Below are positions 37,439-47,486 of a stretch of DNA of 64,000 nucleotides, piece after piece. The notes under the pieces are model-generated. The model was not told the origin of the DNA, did not search any database, and saw nothing but the letters and a program-made list of their open reading frames with translations. The position numbers were made by a program, and so were the translations under genes. Source of the stretch: an uncultured Candidatus Berkelbacteria bacterium. GTDB taxonomy: Bacteria; Patescibacteriota; UBA1384; UBA12157; JAENIV01. Every line of letters starts with the position of its first letter. Positions within the stretch are counted from its first letter, which is position 1. Location: positions 400,097 to 464,096 of the forward strand of contig OY969116.1 of assembly GCA_963698075.1 (NCBI GenBank), in the 5' to 3' direction.

Positions 37439-39474
37439 TCCAAATGTCTTTCTATTTCAAATTCTTTTAACTTTGCTAAAAGTTCTGGATATTTTCCAAT
37501 CCCTTCATTAATAATTTTTTCTGCCGAACTTCGGGCTTTCTTTACCATTATTATATCTGAAAGTGAGGCCATTTTCAAATCGGGCAAACCCGATTGGCGA
37601 ATCCCAATAAGTTCGCCTGGACCGCGAATTTGTAAATCTTTTTCGGCGAGTTCGAAACCATTTTGACAATTAATCATAGCTTCTAATCGTTTTTGGGTAT
37701 TTTCCGACCAACTTTCCGAAAATAAAAAACAGTATGATTGATGTTGGCCTCGCCCGACCCGTCCTCGGAATTGATGAAGTTGAGCCAAGCCAAAACGTTC
37801 AGCCCCTTCAATCATCATGATTGTGGCGTTGGAAACATCAATGCCAACTTCGACGACGGCCGTTGAGACTAAAATATCCAACTTGCCCCCGTGAAATTTT
37901 TTCATTGTTGCATCTTTTTCTTTCGATTTCTGTCGACCGTGCAAAAGACCAATTTTCAAATCAGGAAAAATTTGTTTTGATAGTTTTTCATATTCTTGGA
38001 CCGCTGACTTTCGATCAACTTCAAAGAGATTTATCAGTTTGGAATCTTTGGGTTCTATGAGCGGACAAATGACAAAAACTTGACGGCCATTTTGAATTTC
38101 TTGACGAATAAAATCATAGGCTTTTTGACGATTTTCGGGCGAAATAACGCGGGTAATCACTTTCTGACGTCCCGGCGGCATTTCGTCAATGATTGAAATA
38201 TCAAGATCACCATACAAAGCCAGGGCTAAAGTTCTGGGGATCGGTGTCGCGGTCATTGATAATAAATGCGGGATCAAATCACCCTGCTTTCTTAAGTAAG
38301 CTCTTTGTTTGACACCAAATCGATGCTGTTCGTCAATAATAATTAAGCCGAGATTTTCAAATGTTACATTTTTTTGAAGTAATGCATGGGTGCCGATAAT
38401 CAAATCATCTTCTGAAAGATCGGCTTTTTTGTTAGCCGAAGTCAAAAGGCCGATGCTGATATTAAATGGTTTTAATAATTCCCGAACATTTTTAAAATGT
38501 TGATTGGCTAAAATTTCGGTTGGCGCCAGCCAGACGCTTTGAGCCTTATACGCATTATTTTTTGCCGCAACTAAAACCGCCATTGCGGCGACTACTGTTT
38601 TTCCCGACCCGACATCGCCTTCTAAAAGTCGATTCATGGGAACGCGGCGCTCCAAATCCTTAATAATTTCCCAAGCGGCTTTCCTTTGAGCATTTGTTAA
38701 TTTAAAGGGCAAATTTTCAACAAACTTTTTTAAAATTGACGGATCAAATTTGAGCGCGACGGAACGATTTTCCGAAAGTTCTTTTTTAATTTTTAACATT
38801 TTTAGAGCAATTAAAAACAGCTCATCAAAAGCTAATCTTTTTTTGGCGATTTCAACGTCTGGCGTCTTGGAAGGAAAATGGATATTTTTTAAAGCATTAT
38901 TCAGGTCAATTAAATCTTCTTCCAACAATATATTTTCTGGCAGAAAATCACCAGACAACTGATCAACTTGGACAATTAGTGGCTTTAGTAATTTGCGTAA
39001 ATATTTACTCGTCAACCCCTCGGTTTCTGGATAAACTGGAAGAATCATTGGTCCGTCAGCTGATGGATTCTCGTACTGAAAGACATTTAATATTTTAACT
39101 TTTAAATTTCGATCATAGCCCACTTTACCGGCAAACAACCATTCGTCTCCGGGTTTTAAAATCTTCATCAAAAATGGCTGATTAAACCAAATGGCTTTGA
39201 TTTGAGCCGAATCGTCAACTAATAATGCTTCGACGATACTCATCCATTTTCGTCGAGTCCGAGATTGTTTAATTTGAGCGATAGTGGCTTTGATAATTGC
39301 GTCTTGACCAATCTGAAGGTTTCGAATTGGTTGTGGTTTGGAAAAATCATCCCACGCCCTTGGAAAATAAAAAAGAAGGTCGCGGACAGTCTCGATCCCC
39401 AACCTTTTTAATTTTTTCGCCATCACCGGCCCAACGCCGGTTAAATATTGAACTGGAGTTTCAATTTTCAGCAT
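37435..39474 (-). CDS. recG: ATP-dependent DNA helicase RecG
   Basis: GDVGSGKT, DEQHRFGV, MTATPIPRTL, QLHQFRGRVGRG. Confidence 0.98.
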   Translation of the reverse strand: MLKIETPVQYLTGVGPVMAKKLKRLGIETVRDLLFYFPRAWDDFSKPQPIRNLQIGQDAIIKATIAQIKQSRTRRKWMSIVEALLVDDSAQIKAIWFNQPFLMKILKPGDEWLFAGKVGYDRNLKVKILNVFQYENPSADGPMILPVYPETEGLTSKYLRKLLKPLIVQVDQLSGDFLPENILLEEDLIDLNNALKNIHFPSKTPDVEIAKKRLAFDELFLIALKMLKIKKELSENRSVALKFDPSILKKFVENLPFKLTNAQRKAAWEIIKDLERRVPMNRLLEGDVGSGKTVVAAMAVLVAAKNNAYKAQSVWLAPTEILANQHFKNVRELLKPFNISIGLLTSANKKADLSEDDLIIGTHALLQKNVTFENLGLIIIDEQHRFGVKQRAYLRKQGDLIPHLLSMTATPIPRTLALALYGDLDISIIDEMPPGRQKVITRVISPENRQKAYDFIRQEIQNGRQVFVICPLIEPKDSKLINLFEVDRKSAVQEYEKLSKQIFPDLKIGLLHGRQKSKEKDATMKKFHGGKLDILVSTAVVEVGIDVSNATIMMIEGAERFGLAQLHQFRGRVGRGQHQSYCFLFSESWSENTQKRLEAMINCQNGFELAEKDLQIRGPGELIGIRQSGLPDLKMASLSDIIMVKKARSSAEKIINEGIGKYPELLAKLKEFEIERHLE
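39052..39067. repeat. TCCGTCAGCTGACGGA-family palindrome, in frame in recG
   Basis: TCCGTCAGCTGATGGA encoding PSADG. A related copy lies at 9691-9706 in serS. Confidence 0.75.
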
Positions 39475-40981
39475 TTTCCTTTTCTTTTTTTTGTTCTTCT
39501 AAATATTTTTTGTGGTTGGCAATCGCTTTTTTATACAGCCAGAGGTATTTCTTGGCTGATGCCTTCCACGAAAAATCTTTTTTCATCGCGTTTATCTGCA
39601 TCCAGCGCCAATGCTCCTTTTGATTATAATAAACATCAACGGCGCGACGGAGAACCCATAAAAAGGCATTTTTGTCGTAGTGGTTGAAAACAAATCCTGT
39701 ATAACCATCACGCACAGTATCGGCTAAACCACCAGTTTTTCGAACAATGGGAATTGTCCCAAATCTCATCGCAATAATTTGTGAAAGACCGCAGGGCTCA
39801 AAACGAGAGGGCATCAATAGCATATCCGAGCCCGCATAGATAGCTTGAGCAAAGTTGGCATCAAACTTCATCTCTGCCTCGATAGATTTTGGATACTGCT
39901 TTTCAGCTTTAACAAATATCTTTTCAATTTTTTCTGAGCCAGAGCCCAAAATTATAAATTGTGCTCCCATATCGACTAAATCTTTGAGTACATCTTCTAT
40001 TAGATCAAGACCTTTTTGTCTAACCAAACGAGAAACCACGCAAATTAATGGTAAATCAGGAGATTGAGTAAGACCAAATTTCTTTTGCAAAATAAGTTTG
40101 TTCTCAACTTTTTTATCTAACGAATCTATCCAATATTTAACCGGCGTGTCTGGGTTAGTCCTTGGGTCAAAATTGGAATAATCAACACCGTTTAAAATAC
40201 CTGTAAATTTTTTCTTGTTGAGCTTCAGTAATCGATGCAAGCCAGCGCCGTATTTTTTTGTTAAAACTTCCTGCGCATAGGTAGGGGAAACTGTATTAAT
40301 CATATCAGTGCTATCAATCGCCTCGGCCATAATATTAATTTCATCTTTCCTTAGAAATTTCCGAAGTTTGGCAAAATTTTTTCTTTTAAGGCCTAAAAAT
40401 TTTGGTTCTGATAATTCGATTTTGGGTATATGATTAAGATTATGGATCGTCAATAAAGAAGCTATAGGTCGATAAAAATCATTATTTTGAAAAATCGTTC
40501 TTAACCATTTGGGAGTCATGCCCATCATGCCATCATGACAATGAACAATATCCGGTTGCCAATCCCATGCTTTCATTAATTTTAGAGCAACCCAAGATAA
40601 ATAAAAATAGGGAAATGTTCTGCTTAAACCCTCGATTCGATGACGATAAACTGACATCTCTGGAAAAAATTTCTGGTTATCAATTAAATAAATTGGAACG
40701 ATGGTTTCTGGAATTAAAGTTTTCCAAACCGAAATTTTTTGCCAGTGTTTATTGGGCATTTGAATTTTTAAATCCCTCATAATTTCTTCAGCCGGAAATT
40801 GGTCCAGATCAATGATTTTATATTTAGGTATTATGATTCTAGTTTCGATGTGAAATTCCCTAGCTAGTTCTTTAGGTAGAAATCCAACGACATCACCTAA
40901 CCCGCCAGCTTTAGCAATAGGCGTTAATTCGGATGCCACATGCAAAACTTTCATTGGATTTTTGTATTTTATTTCATTCAA
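39461..40981 (-). CDS. glgA: Glycogen synthase (GT5)
   Basis: KAGGLGDV, HCHD, TVSPTYAQE, GILNGVD, PSRFEPCGLSQ, TGGLADTV. Confidence 0.94.
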   Translation of the reverse strand: MNEIKYKNPMKVLHVASELTPIAKAGGLGDVVGFLPKELAREFHIETRIIIPKYKIIDLDQFPAEEIMRDLKIQMPNKHWQKISVWKTLIPETIVPIYLIDNQKFFPEMSVYRHRIEGLSRTFPYFYLSWVALKLMKAWDWQPDIVHCHDGMMGMTPKWLRTIFQNNDFYRPIASLLTIHNLNHIPKIELSEPKFLGLKRKNFAKLRKFLRKDEINIMAEAIDSTDMINTVSPTYAQEVLTKKYGAGLHRLLKLNKKKFTGILNGVDYSNFDPRTNPDTPVKYWIDSLDKKVENKLILQKKFGLTQSPDLPLICVVSRLVRQKGLDLIEDVLKDLVDMGAQFIILGSGSEKIEKIFVKAEKQYPKSIEAEMKFDANFAQAIYAGSDMLLMPSRFEPCGLSQIIAMRFGTIPIVRKTGGLADTVRDGYTGFVFNHYDKNAFLWVLRRAVDVYYNQKEHWRWMQINAMKKDFSWKASAKKYLWLYKKAIANHKKYLEEQKKEKENAEN

Positions 40982-41988
40982 TTTGGCTCCTCATATCCAA
41001 AAGGATGCTTTTTTCGCCAATTCCAATCAGTTCGAATAATCGAATCTAAATCAGAATATTGCGGATTCCAACCCAAAATTTCTTTGGCTTTCTTGGCGCT
41101 GGCTATGGAAACTGCAATATCGCCTGGCCGACGCTCAACTGTTTCTGTCGGAATCTTTTTATCAATAATAATGCTGGCCTTATCAATAATTTCTTTGACC
41201 GAAAAACCATGCTCTGAACCAAGATTAAAGACCTCTCCAGAACATTTACCAATATTTTCTAATGCCAAAATGTGACCGGAAGCAACATCTTCAACATGTA
41301 AAAAATCGCGAATGGCTGTCCCATCTGGAGTCTGGTAATCATTACCATAAATTGATAAAATTTGTTTTTGACCTAAAGCAACTTTTATAATATTGGCAAT
41401 GAGATCTTCTCTTTCAATATTCGACTTGCCCAGAAGACCATCAAGGTCAGAGCCGCCAACGTTAAAATAGCGAAAAATTATATATTTTAAATTAGAAACT
41501 TTTCTCAGATATTTTTCAAAATCTAATTTTGTCTGACCATAAGGACTTTCCGGCTTAGTCGGATGGACTTCATCGACGGGAATGTATTGGGGAGTTCCAT
41601 AAACAACACAGCTTGAGGAAAAAATAAAATTTTCTATTCCCGCTTTGGACATCGACTCAATTAAATTAACACTATTTAAAAAATTTTCTTGATGATAAAG
41701 AGACGGATTTTTTATTGATTCTTCAACACTGACTCTGGCGGCGAAATGCATGACCGCATCGATTTCCTGCTTGGCAAATATCTCTTCAAGCCGCTCTTTG
41801 TTGGCCAAATCTATTTTAATAAATTCTAAATTTTTAAATTTCTTTTTCAAAATTTCGATTGGTTCGATGAAACCATTCGAAAGATTATCAACCACTAAAA
41901 CAGAAAAACCCTCCTTTAGAAGATTTTTGGCCACATGAGAACCAATGAAGCCGGCACCTCCAGTGACTAAAATTTTTTTATCTTGCAT
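40978..41988 (-). CDS. galE: UDP-glucose 4-epimerase
   Basis: GGAGFIGSH, YGQTK (YxxxK), RYFN, DGTAIRDFLHV, RRPGD. Confidence 0.93.
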   Translation of the reverse strand: MQDKKILVTGGAGFIGSHVAKNLLKEGFSVLVVDNLSNGFIEPIEILKKKFKNLEFIKIDLANKERLEEIFAKQEIDAVMHFAARVSVEESIKNPSLYHQENFLNSVNLIESMSKAGIENFIFSSSCVVYGTPQYIPVDEVHPTKPESPYGQTKLDFEKYLRKVSNLKYIIFRYFNVGGSDLDGLLGKSNIEREDLIANIIKVALGQKQILSIYGNDYQTPDGTAIRDFLHVEDVASGHILALENIGKCSGEVFNLGSEHGFSVKEIIDKASIIIDKKIPTETVERRPGDIAVSIASAKKAKEILGWNPQYSDLDSIIRTDWNWRKKHPFGYEEPN

Positions 41989-43123
41989 GTTTTTTCTTCC
42001 AATCCTCAATGACTTTTTGATAGACTTTTTCGTAACCATCTACCATTTTTTCAACGGTAAAATTTTCTTCAACGTGCTTTCGACAAGCGCGTCGCATCGT
42101 CCGATATTTTTCTTCTGGCATTTCATAAATTTCTTTAATTTTTTTAACCATACAGTCAATGTCGTCTGGTGGACAAATAAAACCCGTTTTGCCATCTTTA
42201 ACAATCTCTGGCACTGAACCTCGTCGAAAAGCAACGACAGGTGTCCCACAAGCCATGGCCTCAATCATGACTAAACCGAAGGGTTCATCCCATTGGACAG
42301 GAAAAATCAAGGCCCTGGCTCGACGATATTGCTCTCCAACTTTCTGGTAAGCAACATGGCCTAAATATTTCACATGTTTTTGTTCAATACTTGGCGCCAT
42401 ATATTTTTCCCAATATATTTTATCTTTGAACCCTGGACCTTTATCTCCGGCAACAAATATTTTGACGCCAGTTTTTTTAGCAATCTCTATTGCTAAGTGA
42501 GGAGCTTTGTGCTCGACTAAACGGCCTAAGTAAAGAACGTGATTTAACGGCTTTTGAGAAAATATAAATTTTTGTATATTAATGCTATTGTGTACCATAG
42601 AAACGATATTAAAATATTTTACAGCTTGCTTCTTCTGAAAATCCGTAATGGCCACAAAATGACAAAAATTGTGGTAGTAATCTGCTCGAGTTACCGTGAA
42701 ACGGTTAGACATATCGTCTTGAATGCTGCCATGGTAAGTAAATATTATTGGGACATTACAAAATTTTGAAAAATAGGGTAGGATTCTGAAATCATGAGCA
42801 TGGATCAGATCGAATTTGCCTTTATTAGCTCCTTCGATTGCTCTTGAAATTAACATAAGTTCATATTGCGTTTCATAAAAAAAATATTTTCGAGGGTTTT
42901 CAATATAAATACTTGAATAATCATAACCAATGGAATTAAAGTTCAAATGTTCCAGATGCGCTGAAGTCTTCGATTCTTTGCCGGCAAAAAGGGTTACTTC
43001 ATAATTTCGGCGGACTAATTCTTCAGTAAGGTTAAAAATTATTGTTCCGGGAGCGAAAATACTGTCCTTTGGAGAAGGAATAGTCATTTTTCCGGGAGAT
43101 AACATCGCTATTTTAAATTTCAT
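41978..43123 (-). CDS. Glycosyltransferase family 4
   Basis: GRLVEHKA, EPFGLVMIEAMACGTPV. Confidence 0.93.
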   Translation of the reverse strand: MKFKIAMLSPGKMTIPSPKDSIFAPGTIIFNLTEELVRRNYEVTLFAGKESKTSAHLEHLNFNSIGYDYSSIYIENPRKYFFYETQYELMLISRAIEGANKGKFDLIHAHDFRILPYFSKFCNVPIIFTYHGSIQDDMSNRFTVTRADYYHNFCHFVAITDFQKKQAVKYFNIVSMVHNSINIQKFIFSQKPLNHVLYLGRLVEHKAPHLAIEIAKKTGVKIFVAGDKGPGFKDKIYWEKYMAPSIEQKHVKYLGHVAYQKVGEQYRRARALIFPVQWDEPFGLVMIEAMACGTPVVAFRRGSVPEIVKDGKTGFICPPDDIDCMVKKIKEIYEMPEEKYRTMRRACRKHVEENFTVEKMVDGYEKVYQKVIEDWKKKHAR

Positions 43124-43863
43124 TTGTCCTCCAAAAAATCTAAGTTTATCTCAAAAGAATTTGAACTTCTTGGGAAATGAATTTGACGGGCAATTTCGGC
43201 AAAGAAATCTTGCCCTTCTCTCGCTTGGCTTTCTCTGCCTTCGTGAACTCTTTGAATAAAAAGCTTTTCTGGCACACTCACGAATTTTATTTTATTTTTA
43301 GCTAATCTCAATAAAAGTTCATAGTCCTCCGATTGTACAAAAAATGAATTATAGGGAAAAGACATCGCAATATTTTTTCTATAAGCGAGCGATGAATGGG
43401 CGATATAATTCTCTTCTAATAATCGATCGACATCAAACTCCGACCAAACTAACCTTCGATCCCTTGTAACACCCATTATTTCATCCAAAACCTCGCCGTC
43501 AGAATAAAAAACACCTGCGTCTGAATTTTGAGTAAAAGTTTCATAGATTGTCTTTAATCGGTTCTTTTTGGCCATATCATCCGAGTCACAAACGGCGATT
43601 ATTTCTCCCCGAGCAAGCATATTACCAAAGTTTCGGGCACATACCTTTCCTTGACCAAAATCATCTTTGAGGCGAAAAAATTTTATCCGTTCATTTTTGA
43701 AGATACGAATGACTTTGATAATGTTATCGGTACTGTGATCGTCAATTACTATAATTTCAAAATCATTAAAATCTTCCTGTGCAATAAAAGATCTGATGGT
43801 TTCAGCGATTAAATCCGTTCGATTTCTAACTGGGATAACAACACTAATTTTAGGTTTGTTCAT
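43120..43863 (-). CDS. Glycosyltransferase family 2
   Basis: ISVVIP, IDDHSTD, ARN.G, DSDD, EDYEL. Confidence 0.93.
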   Translation of the reverse strand: MNKPKISVVIPVRNRTDLIAETIRSFIAQEDFNDFEIIVIDDHSTDNIIKVIRIFKNERIKFFRLKDDFGQGKVCARNFGNMLARGEIIAVCDSDDMAKKNRLKTIYETFTQNSDAGVFYSDGEVLDEIMGVTRDRRLVWSEFDVDRLLEENYIAHSSLAYRKNIAMSFPYNSFFVQSEDYELLLRLAKNKIKFVSVPEKLFIQRVHEGRESQAREGQDFFAEIARQIHFPRSSNSFEINLDFLEDK

Positions 43864-44926
43864 TTTTAACTTTCCTATAAATATCTAAATATTTTTGCGC
43901 CATAACTTCAGAGGAAAAATTTTCCTTAGCAAATAAATGACATCGTTTCCTGTTAATATTGATAGCTTCTTTAGTCTTTTCGATCATTTCCTCAAGATTT
44001 CCGACAAGAAAACCATTAATGCCGTCTTTGATTAACTCTTTCGTGCCCCCTTGGGAATAAGCAACGACTGGCGTGCCACACATTGCTAATTCAATTGGCG
44101 TGACTGGGCATGCTTCGCGAATTTTGGTTGGAAAAAGAGCAACCTTAGCTTTTTGGAAATATGGTAATTTCTGACTGTAATTTAATTCACCGACATAAGT
44201 AACATTATCATTAATTTCTGGTTTAATTTCTCTCTCAAAATAATCTTGATCTCTAACTTTTCCCATTAAAACAATTTTTTTATTAAGCTCTTTTGCGACT
44301 TTAATTGCATCAGATGGATTTTTATGAGGGCCGATTGTTCCAACCCATAAAATAAAGTCTTCTGGTTCAAAATTAGGAGGACAGCTTTCCGGATCTATAC
44401 CATTATGGGCGGTGCCGACAAAATTAGACAAATCCGAACAGTCAGCTATTTGATCTTTTGAAATAGAAATAGCTAGGCATTTAGGGTTATTTTTTAAAAC
44501 TTCGACATGCTCGGGTAAAATCGGTAAATGAAAAACATTCAATATGGGGATGTCTAACTTTTCAACCACCAATGATGTAACAAGTTCTGTTGCTCGTGTG
44601 TGATTAAAAATCACATCATACTCTTTTTGATTTTTAATAAGATGTTGGATAACACTGACAACAAAAGTTGTCTCTAATCTCATTTTTCTTGAAGCTTCTG
44701 TAATCTCTGGATTTAAAGTCATTTCATTAATCGATTTTTCATAAACTCTAATATAATGAATATTTTTCAAATCGGTATTACCGGCAGCATAAAGAAAAAC
44801 ATGATGACCCATCTTAACCAGAGCGTCAATTTTATATTTTAAAATTATTTCGATCCCTCCTTGGCCTGCAGGAGGGATTGTAGTTACCGGTGGAGCGATA
44901 ATGACAATTTTTTTTATTTTAGCCAA
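43850..44926 (-). CDS. Glycosyltransferase family 4
   Basis: PPAGQGGIE, HNGID, EACPVTPIELAMCGTPV. Confidence 0.9.
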   Translation of the reverse strand: MAKIKKIVIIAPPVTTIPPAGQGGIEIILKYKIDALVKMGHHVFLYAAGNTDLKNIHYIRVYEKSINEMTLNPEITEASRKMRLETTFVVSVIQHLIKNQKEYDVIFNHTRATELVTSLVVEKLDIPILNVFHLPILPEHVEVLKNNPKCLAISISKDQIADCSDLSNFVGTAHNGIDPESCPPNFEPEDFILWVGTIGPHKNPSDAIKVAKELNKKIVLMGKVRDQDYFEREIKPEINDNVTYVGELNYSQKLPYFQKAKVALFPTKIREACPVTPIELAMCGTPVVAYSQGGTKELIKDGINGFLVGNLEEMIEKTKEAININRKRCHLFAKENFSSEVMAQKYLDIYRKVKNEQT

Positions 44927-46133
44927 TTTTTACTCCTCGACAATTAGCCTCCAACCAGGTAGTTAATTTCGCTTGAATTAATTGGTAAATTTTATCTTCC
45001 TCATCAGGACTCAACGGTTTAGTCCCCTCCCATTCCTTAGGCACCTCTCTCATTGGCCGCGAAGGTAACGAAACATATTTATCAGGACTTCTGGTCGCAT
45101 ATAAATGTCCGTGGGAATGCCAATCTGGATCGCCACCTGCCCAGCGTTGTTGGGCGCTAAATTTTTCCATTTTCCGAGCTCTTTCAAGATTTTCCTGCTC
45201 AAGATATGAACTATCAACTTCCCGGCCGCTAAATTCTATCTTCGCTAGATCTAAAGGCTTAAATCCCCAATTGCCACTACAATGAATTTCGGCATTGTGA
45301 AAATCGCCCGCTTCTTGGACTATTTGCTCAACACCAAGCAAAATGGCATTAGATTCAACAAAACCCTTAAGATATTCGGGGTCCTCCTCACCTTTTGGCG
45401 TCTGCCAGGCTTTTACGACTCCCTTTTGGCCAACTCGTGACCAATAATCTTTTCGACCATGACAGACTAAATGTAGACCATCGAGATGTGGATTTTTGAC
45501 AACTACTAAGACAAATTTATCATTCATCCAAACTGCTCTCTCTTGCCAGGGATCCGGACGATTAAGCCAAATTTCCGACTCTTTTTGAAATACCTCATTG
45601 TCAGGTCTAATTTTATTGATGCCGTGATCAAAAACAGTGATTTCTTGTGCTTTCCTCTCCCAACGGGGAAGATATAGCTCCATGGCTCTTTGTAGTTTAG
45701 CTTTCTGATTTTGATCCAATGATTCTAGCCTTCGTTCTTTAATCGGCCTCAAGTTAACAGGTTTCGCCCATCCTTCTTGGGACTGGGGATTTTTTCCAAA
45801 AACATTTATTCCTTTCTCCGCGCCTGGCCAGCTATTCATCTGAATATTAGCCCAAAATTCTTTAGTAAATCTCCCTTCCGCTTCGATTTTAGCCACCGCT
45901 AAAGCATAATAGGCCGAACGCAATAGAGCTGGCACATCTTGCTGATTTTGATGGCTAATTTCTTGTCCATTATCAACCACTAATTGAATTCCTTCCTCAA
46001 GAGGTATCGCTTGTTCTGCAGGATGATAAACTCGAAGTTTCCCATCTTGAAAAATTGTTTCAGTGTTTTGTTCAATTTCTTGACTGGGGATTTGTTCTTT
46101 TAAATCACCCGAATAAGATTCAGGCGAAGGCAC
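44919..46133 (-). CDS. Hypothetical protein with a HIT-like motif
   Basis: VWMNDKFVLVVVKNPHLDGLHLV and WHSHGHLY (HxHxH). GTG start after AGGAGG. Confidence 0.6.
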   Translation of the reverse strand: MPSPESYSGDLKEQIPSQEIEQNTETIFQDGKLRVYHPAEQAIPLEEGIQLVVDNGQEISHQNQQDVPALLRSAYYALAVAKIEAEGRFTKEFWANIQMNSWPGAEKGINVFGKNPQSQEGWAKPVNLRPIKERRLESLDQNQKAKLQRAMELYLPRWERKAQEITVFDHGINKIRPDNEVFQKESEIWLNRPDPWQERAVWMNDKFVLVVVKNPHLDGLHLVCHGRKDYWSRVGQKGVVKAWQTPKGEEDPEYLKGFVESNAILLGVEQIVQEAGDFHNAEIHCSGNWGFKPLDLAKIEFSGREVDSSYLEQENLERARKMEKFSAQQRWAGGDPDWHSHGHLYATRSPDKYVSLPSRPMREVPKEWEGTKPLSPDEEDKIYQLIQAKLTTWLEANCRGVKIG

Positions 46134-46149
46134 AAGGCCTCCTTTTAAA

Positions 46150-47451
46150 TTAATAAGGTAGATATTGATTGATATTGATTAAATCTTTCAAATCGATTCT
46201 TCCTGTTTTTATTTCCTTCTTTTCAAGTTCAATATCAACCGGTAATTTCATTTTCTTTAATCTTTCTTGGCTATTCCTATAAGCATTTTCGTAGTTTTCA
46301 TGAAAACGTTGTGCAATTTTATTCCAATTAAATTTCTCTTCAACGATCTTTCTTGCTTCCTCACCCATTTTTTGTCTGAGCTCTTCATTCTTGAGCAATA
46401 AATTGACTTTTTCAGCAATGGCTTTCGCACTCCGGGCTCGCACCAAAAAACCGTTGACATTATTCTTAACAGCCAGGGGGATCCCGCCCTTTTTTGAAGC
46501 CACCACTGGTGTTGAGGAAGCCATTGCTTCTAAGGCCACTAGACCTAAAGGTTCGTCCCAAATTGAAGGGAAAACAAAAACATCGGCCCGCCGATAAAAT
46601 TCTTGAAACTCCTTTTTAGATTCGGGACCAAAATAACCTAAGAAATTAACATTCTTCGTCTTAATTTCCTTAGCTAAATTTTCTAAATTTTTTCTTTCCT
46701 CACCATCACCAATAATAAATATTTCTCCTTTTATTTTTGGTGCGGCTTTGATTAAATATTGGACACCTTTTTTAGCCGTCAATTTCCCGGAAAAAATTAC
46801 AACTTTTTTACCTTCAATGTGATATTTTTTTTCAATGATTTTGATTGGCGAATTGCGATTAAAGGTGTCCAAATCAACGCCGCCAGGAATAATCCGTATC
46901 TTATTGGCAATACCCTTGCGGCCATAAACTTTTAAAAGCCACTTTTTAGTGTCTCCAGAAACCGCGTTAATCATCCAGGAGCGATGTAAGGCATCTCGCG
47001 TTAAAGGAACCCAACGTTTATTTTCTGAAGCACTTAAAAGTTCGGTGCCGTGAGTCGTGACAACATAGTAAATTCCATAAATTGCTCTTAGATAATTGGC
47101 AATCCAAGTAAAATAAAAAGCATGGTGAACGTGAATGACATCAGGTCTGAATTCATTGATCACCTTAATTATCTGATCGAAAGCACTTTTATAAATCTGA
47201 TCTATTTCTTGATTATTAAGATTAGAATAGAGTTTAGCATCAGACCAATCTGGATGACCAGTAGCGGCCGCATGAAAAGGCAAATCATAATAATATTTTT
47301 TTACACCTGGTATTTTATTTTTTAAATCTGGACAAAAAACAGCCACTTTATCCTCGGAATAGAGCTTGGCTAATTTCTCGGCTAATTTAAAGGTGTAGGT
47401 TCCACTCCCACTGCCAAAGAGAGGATATTTTAAAAGCATTAGAATTCTCAT
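46150..47451 (-). CDS. Glycosyltransferase family 4
   Basis: GSGSG, HGT, GKLTAKKG, EPLGLVALEAMAS. Confidence 0.93.
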   Translation of the reverse strand: MRILMLLKYPLFGSGSGTYTFKLAEKLAKLYSEDKVAVFCPDLKNKIPGVKKYYYDLPFHAAATGHPDWSDAKLYSNLNNQEIDQIYKSAFDQIIKVINEFRPDVIHVHHAFYFTWIANYLRAIYGIYYVVTTHGTELLSASENKRWVPLTRDALHRSWMINAVSGDTKKWLLKVYGRKGIANKIRIIPGGVDLDTFNRNSPIKIIEKKYHIEGKKVVIFSGKLTAKKGVQYLIKAAPKIKGEIFIIGDGEERKNLENLAKEIKTKNVNFLGYFGPESKKEFQEFYRRADVFVFPSIWDEPLGLVALEAMASSTPVVASKKGGIPLAVKNNVNGFLVRARSAKAIAEKVNLLLKNEELRQKMGEEARKIVEEKFNWNKIAQRFHENYENAYRNSQERLKKMKLPVDIELEKKEIKTGRIDLKDLININQYLPY

Positions 47452-47486
47452 GGCAACTTCCTTCTAGCCCTCACTTTGGATTTATT

